Shown here: positions 26,318 to 38,523 of the stretch, piece by piece
Layout of the letters: every line of letters begins with the position of its first letter
Numbering within the stretch: the first letter of the stretch is position 1
Source: Paraspadella gotoi
Lineage: Eukaryota > Animalia > Chaetognatha
Direction: 5' to 3'
DNA length: 52,612 nt
Assembly (NCBI GenBank): GCA_051294375.1
Contig: CM119271.1
Location: forward strand, 6,239,905 to 6,292,516
The notes under the pieces: generated by a model
Told to the model about the DNA's origin: nothing
Database searches by the model: none
Seen by the model: the letters and a program-made list of their open reading frames with translations, nothing else
Translations under genes and position numbers: made by a program

Positions 26318-27292
26318 TTATGAACAAAATTAACTTTCAAATGTATTTAAATGCAAAAAAAAGGAATCCTGGAATTTTCATTTAAGAACCCGCCAATAAA
26401 ATTTTAATCTCCATCGTCAATTAATTACTGAAATTGCGGTTTGACCGTCGCTTGGCAACGAGATTGTCGTCTGCTCTCTGCCGATAATTAGAAACGAGGG
26501 ATTTTTTTATAAAAAAAAGGCGGGCGTCAATACGGTCACTTTTCCTCTCTGTCTCTATCAAGTTGGAAATCGTATTGAATTTTAATAACCTTAGGTAATA
26601 ACAGGTAATATCAACGTAACGAGAGTAATTTTTTTTTCTCTACTTTCCTCCAACTNNNNNNNNNNNNNNNNNNNNNNNNNNNNNNNNNNNNNNNNNNNNN
26701 NNNNNNNNNNNNNNNNNNNNNNNNNNNNNNNNNNNNNNNNNNNNNNNNNNNNNNNNNNNNNNNNNNNNNNNNNNNNNNNNNNNNNNNNNNNNNNNNNNNN
26801 NNNNNNNNNNNNNNNNNNNNNNNNNNNNNNNNNNNNNNNNNNNNNNNNNNNNNNNNNNNNNNNNNNNNNNNNNNNNNNNNNNNNNNNNNNNNNNNNNNNN
26901 NNNNNNNNNNNNNNNNNNNNNCTCGATCATCTCGCGTTTGTCTCAGAGACTTGTCGTTGTTTTTAATCCATTGTCTCGACAACAGTGTCATGCTCTCTCT
27001 TTTCCATATTGTTCTCTCTCTCTCTCTCTCTCTCTNNNNNNNNNNNNNNNNNNNNNNNNNNNNNNNNNNNNNNNNNNNNNNNNNNNNNNNNNNNNNNNNN
27101 NNNNNNNNNNNNNNNNNNNNNNNNNNNNNNNNNNNNNNNNNNNNNNNNNNNNNNNNNNNNNNNNNNNNNNNNNNNNNNNNNNNNNNNNNNNNNNNNNNNN
27201 NNNNNNNNNNNNNNNNNNNNNNNNNNNNNNNNNNNNNNNNNNNNNNNNNNNNNNNNNNNNNNNNNNNNNNNNNNNNNNNNNNNNNNNNNNNN

Positions 27293-27323
<31 letters not shown>

Positions 27324-27705
27324 GCTCCGGCAAAGATTTATCCGCGCTCCGGTTCTTTTTTTTACTGGAGCAATGAAAACCGCCGACCGCGTTTATATCA
27401 CAGTTTTTTAAGAAAGAAAATGATGAAAGGATAAAAATTGAAATGACTACGAGTGAAAACCCGACTTATTGACGGAACGCGTCGACCTGACCCGAAGGTA
27501 AGGAGGTCTCTTGCGACTCTTACCTTTTAAAACGGGTGAGGTACGAGTACTTTGGACATTGGACAATGGACTAGCTAAGAAATGCGCCAAACGTGTCACG
27601 ATCGACTTACTGTATTTTGAATTTTATCTATGTATTACCTTTTCAATTATCATTTTTGATGTTAATGTTAACGTCCAAAGAGCCAAAATTTTAAAAAAAT
27701 GGATT

Positions 27706-27868
27706 AATTTTACTTTCGCCGACCGGGGTTAGGGGGGCTTTGGGGTTAAGGGTGGTTTAGGGGTGGTTTAGGGTTAGGGTAATTAGCTAATAATTTTTTT
27801 AAAAAATAAGTATTTTTAAGTTGTTTTTTTAAAAGACGCCAAAACCCTCGATCGGCGAAAGTAAAATT
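27706..27868. mobile_element. TIR-bounded non-autonomous element with telomere-like (TTAGGG-like) interior
   Basis: The 17-bp perfect inverted repeat AATTTTACTTTCGCCGA / TCGGCGAAAGTAAAATT extends imperfectly to ~25 bp. The interior (27725-27780) contains GGTTTAGGGTGGTTTAGGGTTAGGG. Confidence 0.55.
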
Positions 27869-27966
27869 TTACCCAAAAATTTCTTTAACTCAGGAAGATA
27901 AGTTTCTCAAGTCCTCACCCACTTCATCTCAACTTTACCATCGCCACTCACCAATCAGAAACTCAC

Positions 27967-28064
27967 CTGAAACCAAGAGACGGTGGCCGGCGGAGCTGCG
28001 CTGGTCCGACAGATTAATTTCATCGGAGCACCATATTTCAACTTCAGTACAGTTGGCGAAGTTT
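27967..28064 (-). CDS. Internal exon encoding Ig I-set strands A'-B-C
   Basis: Acceptor TTCTTTTCACAG (AG at 28066-28065), 98-nt exon, donor CAG|GTGAGT (27966-27961). The phase-1 start completes GAA with exon 1, giving RPRFIETSPTVLKLKYGAPMKLICRTSAAPPATVSWFQ. This fits the I-set pattern PxF...G....LxC.....P.P.V.W with the conserved Cys and Trp. Confidence 0.85.
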
Positions 28065-29795
28065 CTGTGAAAAGAACAAGAAGGTCATAGACGATGAGGG
28101 TCAAATAAGCTACTAACGGCTGAACTAAAGCTTGGTCTCTATGGGCGAATATCTGAGACGGTCCTACGGAATCGTACCAAAAACATGGCTTTACCCAGAG
28201 TTAAACAGGGCCGATAGAATTCGTTTTTTTGGTATAAAAAGAGAAAAAAGTTAATAAAATTATAATCGTAAATAATGTAAATCAATAGTTCATATTCTAT
28301 ACGCCTTACTCAATACTTCTTTATAGGGACAACGATGAGAGCGACGAAGTCAGCCATAACCGACGCCACTCGATATCCGAAATAAATAAAAACAAAACAA
28401 TTGTAAACAGTCGTAATCGGGAAGAGTGAAAAAGAAAGAAAATAACGTAAATTCATAAAGTGAGAAAATAGTAGTAAAAAGGAGTCGATTACACGACGGA
28501 GAATTATTCAACAAAAACTATTGCTTTTCTTTTCTCTCCCCCGCGATGTTTATTTCCGTTTGAAACAAAAGACTCGCGCGCGGGATTGCAGAGACAAACC
28601 GCGAACCACGCCCCAGTCTTTTCCTCGCTTTTTAAACGTAAACAAAAGAACGCCTAATGAGTTTTCAAGGTCAACGCTCTCCAAAGAAAAGTACTAGCAA
28701 TGTTTCTTTCGAATGAGACGCTGAGAAACCCTGAGTAACACCGATACGGATAAAAAGTTTTCATAAACAATGTCGCTTGCCATAAACCCAATCGAAACTG
28801 TAGGTCTTCAAAAATATTACTTTTTGGTCTACTTTTTTTTANNNNNNNNNNNNNNNNNNNNNNNNNNNNNNNNNNNNNNNNNNNNNNNNNNNNNNNNNNN
28901 NNNNNNNNNNNNNNNNNNNNNNNNNNNNNNNNNNNNNNNNNNNNNNNNNNNNNNNNNNNNNNNNNNNNNNNNNNNNNNNNNNNNNNNNNNNNNNNNNNNN
29001 NNNNNNNNNNNNNNNNNNNNNNNNNNNNNNNNNNNNNNNNNNNNNNNNNNNNNNNNNNNNNNNNNNNNNNNNNNNNNNNNNNNNNNNNNNNNNNNNNNNN
29101 NNNNNNNNNNNNNNNNNNNNNNNNNNNNNNNNNNNNNNNNNNNNNNNNNNNNNNNNNNNNAACCCGCCACGGAGGCAGCCATCTTGGATAGGCGCCATTT
29201 TGGAGAAACGCCATCTTTGAATGGCGGAATAAATAATGGTAGATGGAGAGCGAGAGAGGGAAAAAGAACAGTTCTCAGGGATAGAAAGATGATAAAGAAT
29301 AAAGTATGGATAAAATTTTATAACCCATTCGTTGAAAGGTTAATAAATAAATAAATAAAAATATAAATAATATAAAAAAAATAAATAAACCAAAAAAAAA
29401 ATATTTCGGTCTCCCCAAAGGACCTGGTTGTGAGTTATGACGATGGGCATTGGATTTGGAATCGATGAATTTCTTTCTCCTTCATTCATCATTTGATAAT
29501 GGATTATGAAAATAGTACTTAATGATTCTAAACGAGATTTATGAGGGTAAAGGCGAATACGGGAATGAAATTTTTATGTTGGGTTAAAAGAAGGGGCGAC
29601 GGGAAATACGTAACGTAAATAACGAAATCTCAGCCAATCCGTCTCCACCAATCACTTTTTAAAGAAACGTTTTAACAACGGACATTTTAAAATAGAAGAT
29701 ATAGTAATTGACTTATCAAACGTTAAATATTTTAGTGTGAGGGTCTGAAACGAAAATGCATTAAGATCGGTTTCTGGCTTTCGCGTAATATTTCT

Positions 29796-29830
<35 letters not shown>

Positions 29831-30950
29831 NNNNNNNNNNNNNNNNNNNNNNNNNNNNNNNNNNNNNNNNNNNNNNNNNNNNNNNNNNNNNNNNNNNNNN
29901 NNNNNNNNNNNNNNNNNNNNNNNNNNNNNNNNNNNNNNNNNNNNNNNNNNNNNNNNNNNNNNNNNNNNNNNNNNNNNNNNNNNNNNNNNNNNNNNNNNNN
30001 NNNNNNNNNNNNNNNNNNNNNNNNNNNNNNNNNNNNNNNNNNNNNNNNNNNNNNNNNNNNNNNNNNNNNNNNNNNNNNNNNNNNNNNNNNNNNNNNNNNN
30101 NNNNNNNNNNNNNNNNNNNNNNNNNNNNNNNNNNNNNNNNNNNNNNNNNNNNNNNNNNNNNNNNNNNNNNNNNNNNNNNNNNNNNNNNNNNNNNNNNNNN
30201 NNNNNNNNNNNNNNNNNNNNNNNNNNNGAGAGAGAGAAAAGGATGAAAAGAAGCTGAGAAACAAGCGAAAAAGAGAAATAAAAAGAGAGCAACAGTGTGG
30301 TATCTGTGGAGGCAATAAACTCTCGGTCGCACCCATCCCGGGGTAAACACACTGGGGCTAAACAAACACGAAAATAAAAACGCCGCATTTTCTATCGCGG
30401 CGATCATGAATAAAAGATGATGAATAATATCTTTGGACGAAAGGGACTCACGGAAGACTCTTTTCTTTTTCTATTTTCTATTTTCTATTTTCTATTTTCT
30501 CTTTTCTTTTCTTNNNNNNNNNNNNNNNNNNNNNNNNNNNNNNNNNNNNNNNNNNNNNNNNNNNNNNNNNNNNNNNNNNNNNNNNNNNNNNNNNNNNNNN
30601 NNNNNNNNNNNNNNNNNNNNNNNNNNNNNNNNNNNNNNNNNNNNNNNNNNNNNNNNNNNNNNNNNNNNNNNNNNNNNNNNNNNNNNNNNNNNNNNNNNNN
30701 NNNNNNNNNNNTTCCTTTCCTTTCCTTTCCTTTCCTTTCCTTTCCTAAAATACCGAAAATATGCTAATCTATTGATTACTCATCAAACAATAACAATTTT
30801 TCATTTGAGAATATCATTTTCGGGCGGGTTGAGTCATGCTGTACCAGAAATGAATTGCAACGTTCCTTGGGGACCAAAAGATTGCTGCAATTAAATGATG
30901 CACAGAGAAAAGGGGGAAAAAAAATTAGGAGATATTAATATTATAACATA

Positions 30951-31068
30951 ATATTATGAAATTGGTACAACCAATATAAAAATTATCCATTCATTTAATA
31001 AATTTAATAAATTTAATAAATTTAATAAATTTAATTATATTATATTGGTTGTACCAATTTCATAATAT
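30951..31068. mobile_element. MITE-like palindromic element with 29-bp perfect terminal inverted repeats
   Basis: ATATTATGAAATTGGTACAACCAATATAA (30951-30979) is the exact reverse complement of 31040-31068, and the interior has (TTTAATAAA)x4. The end motif recurs at 5003-5039 (37 nt, 1 mismatch) and 18254-18270. Confidence 0.65.
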
Positions 31069-33487
31069 ATATTAGGAACCACTCTTCGTGGTTATTTTTT
31101 TTTTATCTATTTATCCTATTTCTCTCGACTATATGTAGCGTTTAAAACTTTCTTTTTAAATTATCGCAGCGTGGAACCCAAAATTATGACGGATTCAGTT
31201 TTGCCCAAAACTTTAGAATTTTAGTTCAAATCGTCTTTTACGAGACCGANNNNNNNNNNNNNNNNNNNNNNNNNNNNNNNNNNNNNNNNNNNNNNNNNNN
31301 NNNNNNNNNNNNNNNNNNNNNNNNNNNNNNNNNNNNNNNNNNNNNNNNNNNNNNNNNNNNNNNNNNNNNNNNNNNNNNNNNNNNNNNNNNNNNNNNNNNN
31401 NNNNNNNNNNGGAAAAGTTTATCCGATCCCCATTTTTCAAAGCCCCAAAATACGGTCCATATTCAAACTTATGACCTCGCGCCTCCTTTCTCTTCTTTCC
31501 ATTTACATATTCGCATAAACATTGTCCCCCCCCCCCGTTTTGCCCCACCTCACACCCCGCCCTTCCGGTCCCTTCCCCTCAAACCGCCGTAACATCCAAC
31601 CTCAAATCGAGGCTCGAATCTCCTTTTTAATCGACCCTGGAATTATCATAAACCATCAAAACGCGCGCTCTCTCTCTCTCATCCCGCATCTCTCTCTCTC
31701 CTCTCTCTCTCTCTCTCCCTTTCTGTCTTCTCTCTTTTTTTTTTTTTTTATTAGGATAAACGTTGTCAAACGGTGAGATTAACTGCGTTTTTTAATTTGG
31801 ATGACAAAAAAAATTGGGATATATCTCACTGAAAATTATACTGATTCTAACTAATTATATCAATAACGCTGCCGGACAAAAAAAAACAAGACGATATTTG
31901 AATTAACGAGAGAGACGGAAAAAAGAGAGTTTATATCTACAGAAAGAATAATAAAAAAGACAAATCAATATAAATTACAGGGGGGAACAAGGGACAATGG
32001 GATAGTGGAGAAAAGGGGAAGATGACCGGGGTTAATAATAGGAAGAGGGGACAAAAGGCCTTTGTAAAGAGAAAGGTAAAGTCTCAGGAGGAAAAATAAC
32101 GAGTATTTAGATGAGAAAAAGACAATAAGGTTTTTTACTACAGAGGAAGGGTGGGAGGGGGCGGAGGGGGCGGAGGTGCGTGGAAAGAGAAAGGAGGATA
32201 ATGGAGGAAAAGGAAAGGAGGAAAAAGAAAAGAGGACGAGAATGGAGGAAAAAGAAAGAAAGAAAAAGAAAGGAGGAGAGTGGAGGAAAAAGAAAGGAGG
32301 AAAAAGAAAGGAGGAGGAGAATGGAGGAAAAAGAAAAGAGGACGAGAATGGAGGAAAAAGACAGGAAGAAAAAGAAAGAAGGAGGAGAATGGTGGAAAAA
32401 GAAAGGAGGAAAAAGAAAAAAAAATGCGGAGGGGAATGGAGGAAAAATAAAGGAGGAAAAAGGAAAGGAGAAAACGAGAGAAAATGTTGTGTGGATTTGA
32501 TACGACTGTGAAAGAAACTGATGGGGAAAATGAAGGAGGAAAAGGATGGACAAACTGATGGGGAAAAATACGGGGAAGCTGATGGGGAAAAGATGGAAGA
32601 AAAATTGATGGGGAGAAAGGAAGGGGAAGTTGTTGGAGAGAAAGGAAGGAAAGGAGGAAAGAAAAAAAAGGTTAGAGTACGAGGACCAGAGTAAAAAGAA
32701 AAGCTCTTCACGAGATAGACAACGGCGCAAGTTTCCTTCGGAGTAGCCGGCCGAACCAGAAGCGCGGGTTAATACCGCCCCTAAACTGGTAACATTATCC
32801 TTGGAGGAGAAGAAGAGAGTAAAGAGAAAAAGAAAAGGAATGAAAAGGAAAGGAAAGGAAAGGAAAGGAAAGGAAAGGAAAGGAAATGCATGGACCCTTG
32901 GCTCCGTCTTTCATTCCCTCTCGTTAAGCTCGTTTTGTCCCCACTTTTTTAAATCTGTATACATTTATTTTTCCTTTTTTTAGGTGTTATACTAATTTTG
33001 TACCTTTGTTTTGAACTTAGTACTAAGCACTTAGTATCTTTCTTTTCTAATGAGTTTTGAGTTTTCAAGCGGCGAGGAAGTTGAAGGGAGTTTGTTTGAG
33101 GGAGGCTCACTCTTTTGTAATGAAAGCCGGAGATTTTTTTATTTTATGTTAATATCTAAGATTTTTTTTTGGTAAACATAAAAATATTAACAGTTATTAT
33201 AAAATACAATAAAATTTTAAGTAGTTATTGACAGTAATGAAATTATGGGCAAATAGTACGTTTATTTTTTTTAAAAATATGTAATATTTAATAAAGTTTG
33301 ATACTCGCCTTAACACCCGAGCGCATAGTCGTACACAAAGAAAACGAGCGCAAACAAACCCACCGTAACCCCTAGCGCCATCTCCCTTTCGCTCCAAAAG
33401 TGAAAAAAAGAAGGAAAAGTATAAAAACTGGGACAAACACGGTAAACAGCGAAGGAAGGGAAAATGGGAGACAGTTTGTGCTTCTGG

Positions 33488-33545
<58 letters not shown>

Positions 33546-34350
33546 GAGCGGGTGATCAGAGCTCGAATCTTCAGGCAAACAACTCGCAAACATCGTCGTC
33601 GTCGTTGTCGTCGTCGTTGTCGTCGTCGTTGTCGTCCGCGATGAAAAAGATTCTCAGATTTTTTTGTTCAAAAAAGTGAAAAAGAGGAAAAGTGAAAAAG
33701 AGGAAAAGTGAAAAAGAGGAAAAATGAGGGACAAAAGAGCAAAAAGCGGAAAAATGAAATTAAAAAAAGTTAAACCTCTGTTGAAACGCTCAACAGAGTA
33801 TCCATTGTAACTAACATATACATTTATGAAAAACATATATATTATATAACAAACAAACATAAAAATTATCTTTTCATTTATTTAAATATATATTCGTGCC
33901 GATGGTGGGTCAAGGCCAGCATTCCTCTTATAGAAGATGATAAACCTTCAATCTTTTAATCCAGACTTTCTTAACTCCCAGAGCACTTGGCCCTCTTATC
34001 AATATTTTTGAGCGGCACCTACCATTTTTTACATTCATTTAACTTAACTCCTTCTATTTGAACGAATCTCTGATGTACAAACGTTAACACCGAAATCCCA
34101 AAGCTCGAAAAATCAACCGAAAGACTGACGGACGAACGGACTATCATCATACGAAGAGAGAGAGAGAAAAATGCTTGAAATAACAAAAGCGCACGCAGAC
34201 GAGACGTCAATCGAGAAAAAGCCGGAGGGATTTGAAATCTCGCCGCTAGATGGCGGAAGGAGAAAGAGGGAGAGATGAAGCTCGAAAATAGAGGAAGAGA
34301 GAGCATTTGAAGTGATGGCGGAGGGGGGGCGGAAGAGTGAAATGAAGTGA

Positions 34351-34421
<71 letters not shown>

Positions 34422-35215
34422 AGCCATTGACAGAAAGAAAGATAGTCAAGGACAGAAAGATAGATCGAGCAGAGCAAGTTTATATTCCTTTTCTTTTTTC
34501 CGCCTTCTCTCACCGGAATACCGAAGGAGGCGGAGGCGGCGCGGCGGCGGCTGTGGCGGAGGCGGCGGAGGCGGCGGAGAGGCGTTTCCACGAACGCGGA
34601 GCGGAAAAGAAAATAAATAAAAGGGAATAAAATCCGCGGGAAACCAGAGACGATTGTGTCGACAATAAAATGAAAACTGAGAGTGAGACAGGAGCTGAGA
34701 GAATTATTTTGATTTTAGGAGGAATTAAAAATCGTTACCTCTGACACAAAAATCATTTTAAACATTACAAACGCGTTAAATTACAAGCGCATGGGTTTTT
34801 CTCTCTACAGCTCTCCTTCAATTTTCCTTCCTTAGAATGAAGTATCTATATTAGTTTATAACTTTATAGGCAGAATATAAATTACAACTTATTATAACTT
34901 ATTGTATTATTATTATAATATAAATTATAACTTTCTTTACAGTTTCAATCTTTAGCGACGATTTTAAATTCTTTCGTCTCCGTCTCTTATTACTATAAAT
35001 CAAAAATAGACTTATAGGCTTAGATAATGTATTTGTTTAGAGGTGAAATTCATCACTAACAAATTCATTGTTACTGTTAAAATTGTTAAAGCAGTTTAAA
35101 TTATACAGTTATACAAAAGTCGAAAGAAATAAACAATGAAAATGACATGGAAATTCGCGACTATTTCATTGAAGCCGCGACTAAAAACTATTAAACACCA
35201 AAATCCATTTTTCTC

Positions 35216-35250
<35 letters not shown>

Positions 35251-35453
35251 GTCTCCTCTCTCTCTGTCTCTCTCTCGCTTGCTAGATTCCGCTTTACCCT
35301 CTTGAAAAATAAAATGTCCCTTAAACTTTTATATAACTGTTCATTTCNNNNNNNNNNNNNNNNNNNNNNNNNNNNNNNNNNNNNNNNNNNNNNNNNNNNN
35401 NNNNNNNNNNNNNNNNNNNNNNNNNNNNNNNNNNNNNNNNNNNNNNNNNNNNN

Positions 35454-35485
<32 letters not shown>

Positions 35486-35868
35486 CGCAGAATTTACAGC
35501 TGGAACATATTTCCAGCCCTCACGTTTTCTGATTAATAATAAACTAGGGACGCTTCTGCTGCTTCTCAACTCGTTATCATCATCATCATCATCATCGTTG
35601 TCGTCGTCGTCATCATCGTCATCATCTTTACGATCTTGTCTGGCATGGCTTGTCACACCGCTGACCGTCCGGTGCATAACGCCCGGGGTTCTGACGCTCG
35701 TTATCGCTTGTCAAGTCCTACTCTTTTTTTTTTGCGATTGGCGGGAAGGCAATCCGATTGTGCAATGGGAGTGGACAATCCGGGAATGAAAAGAGTGGAG
35801 TCGATTTTGAAAGGGAAAAGTTGTAGCGGTAGTATTTCATACCCCGTTACTCGTCCCGAGAACCAGCA

Positions 35869-35935
35869 GCACCATTGGCGCTGGAGGTAGCGCGAGCTCT
35901 TCCCAACCCAAAGGACTCGGGTTCGCACCCTACTG
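35869..35935 (+). mobile_element. tRNA-derived SINE head or tRNA pseudogene-like sequence
   Basis: A-box-like TGGCGCTGGAGG (35876-35887) and B-box-like GGTTCGCACCC (35920-35930) are at tRNA spacing (44 nt start to start). The cloverleaf stems do not pair fully, so this is not a functional tRNA. Confidence 0.4.
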
Positions 35936-36672
35936 ATTCTCACAACGGGGCGTCTAACCCGACTACAAAGTAAATATAATTAAATCAAGGGGGAAACCGA
36001 TATTTCGCGGGGAGAGGAAGAACAGTGCACACTGCACAGTGCACAGTGGTTCGGTTTAAATTCTTATCGAAATAAAAACTTTGAAAAACTCCATTCCCAG
36101 AACCCATAACAGAAAACATTAATTTTTGCAATTGCCAGCCGCACGATTCATCATTTTCACGCGAACTAAAACGCGAAAACGAACGAAAAAAAAAAAAGGA
36201 AAAGGAAATGATGCAGAAGAGGAAATGAGAAAGGAAAAGAAAAGGGAAAGAAGAAAAGAAGGGAAAAAAAGGGGAAAATAAGCCGAAAAAAAAAAAGAAA
36301 AAGGAAAAAAAAAAGGTGCGAGTCCGTTCGGCGCCACGAATCGGAGGGAATTTTTCAAGCTTAGAAAATGCGTTTAGAGGCTTTAAAAAGAGAGGGCGTC
36401 CGAAGGAGTAGCTTTCGCACGAACCACGCAATCGACGTAGCGGTAGACCGACCGACCGAGGGATTAAGACGCCAAAGCCGACCCACGAAGCTCCGAGTCA
36501 AAATTTATGAAACGGTCGAGTTTCATGCCAACGTCGTCCACCGATGCGGGTCACGCCTACAATTTTTACGGTTCGATGCCTCCGTTGGAAATTTGAAGAG
36601 GTTAACAATTGATATTGGGACAATGAACATCCGTTTCTTTGGCTTAACAGTTAAAATAAAAAAAATTAAACT

Positions 36673-36715
<43 letters not shown>

Positions 36716-37152
36716 GTACGTAGCCGATGCATTTTCTTTAAATTTAACTAATAAAACCATTTATTTACGGTTCTCCCGCAATTTTTTGTTCGCCCCTATC
36801 ATCTTTTTTCGTTTTAGGTTTGTCTATTTCCCAATGTGCTTAAGCTGTGCGGCGAAGATTTGCGTGTTTTTATCGAAGTCTCATCCGTCATTTTTCATCT
36901 GCTTAACGATTAATCGAAATGTTTTAAATATAATCGAATATAATCACGTACAAGAAACATGCAAATTTCGAAGTCGTTTCCCGTTTGCACGTAATATCTT
37001 GGATTCAGGGTCATTTGCTGACTTGGCTAGAGTCGTTTGCTGACATCTTCTGGTTTGGTAATGGCTCAACGATTCCGAGCAGGACATGTCAAAGACTAAA
37101 TCGGACCTTGAGAGACGCCAGGAGAGCAGGAGAGAGAGATGACGAGAGACCC

Positions 37153-37188
<36 letters not shown>

Positions 37189-37365
37189 GGAGAGGAGAGA
37201 GAGATGAAGAGAGAGATGAGACGAGGAGGACTGGAGAGTGCAGAGAAGAAGAGAGAGGAAGCAAAAAAATATTCTACATCCGGGGGATTTTGAACAAAGC
37301 CCAAAAAAAGATGTTGGTCTGACAGAACGAGAGAGAGACAGAGAGAGGAGAAAGAGAGAGTATAG

Positions 37366-37403
<38 letters not shown>

Positions 37404-37845
37404 TACTGCTTGTTGGCTGGTCGCTCTCTTTAGGGTGAATAAGTTAGTTTTGACTTTCGCTGTTTTTTCGCTGAACTCGACTGAACTTTCAACTCTGACA
37501 TTTCGATTGAAAGGAAAAATGAGATTCATGGACTTTGGAATCATTTCTCAAATGTTGAAGGCGAAATTAAATTTATTTTTATTCGAACCAAAAAAAAAAA
37601 AGAAATAAAACGACAGTTATAAATTTTAAATATAGACTATGAAATTAACTTTAATCAGCAGTCACCTTATACCCGTATCCAACAGTGTTATGTCTAAAAT
37701 TTAATGTCATATCTTATGTGTATTTAATGTTGATTGTCCGTAATACAGAATTTACCGTTTAGTAACGGATAATTAGAACATTAGCAATGTGCCTTAATAT
37801 TTAAAACATAATGCTAATGACAGCCACAGAGAGATCGACCCTCAA

Positions 37846-37931
37846 TTATCATACGGCTTTTTGAACAAATGATTTATCATACGGCTTTTTGAACAAATGA
37901 TTTATCATACGGCTTTTTGAACAAATGATTT
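37846..37931. repeat. 28-bp tandem repeat, 3 identical copies
   Basis: TATCATACGGCTTTTTGAACAAATGATT, with ATACGG at 37851, 37879 and 37907; a partial copy lies near 38031-38046. Confidence 0.9.
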
Positions 37932-38450
37932 AAGTCAATCCATAAAGCAAATAGATTTCATGATGAAAAAAAAATTTACAATTATATAAATACAAAATTA
38001 ATTTTAGTTTGTTTGACTCTATTTTGGATTTTATCGATACGGCTTTATAAAGCGATTACATTAGGACAGCCCATTGCATCGCATGATGCAGTCAGATGGA
38101 CACCTGTGGCATGCCGGAGGAGCCTGGCCTGGCCCTGGCCTGTTAGGGAAGCTGAGCCTCTTGGGCCAGATTTTAATCGATTTTGGCTTCTGGAAGCCGG
38201 AAGGCCACCGAGGAGCCATCTTTGATTTGAGCCCAGGATTCGCAAAGAGGCTTTCAAGTCTGTCGTTTCAATGACGTTTCGTTTGACCATTTGATGACTT
38301 AATGACTCTCTCTATCTCTCTCTCTCTCTCTTTCTTTCTCTCTCCTCCTCTCTTTATCCCTCTCTCTCTTTCTTTTCTCTCTCTCTCTTTATCTCTCTAT
38401 CTCTCTCTCTTTCTCTCTCTTTCTTTTTTTTCTCTTTCCATGTTTCCTTT

Positions 38451-38523
<73 letters not shown>

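Noticed and set aside
31965-32730. 207-248 aa ORFs resembling membrane or charged proteins
   Set aside because: Degenerate GGA/AAA purine-rich repeat, open on both strands because of composition alone.
37846-37931. CRISPR-like 28-bp direct repeats
   Set aside because: The repeats are head-to-tail with no spacers, in a eukaryotic context with no cas genes.
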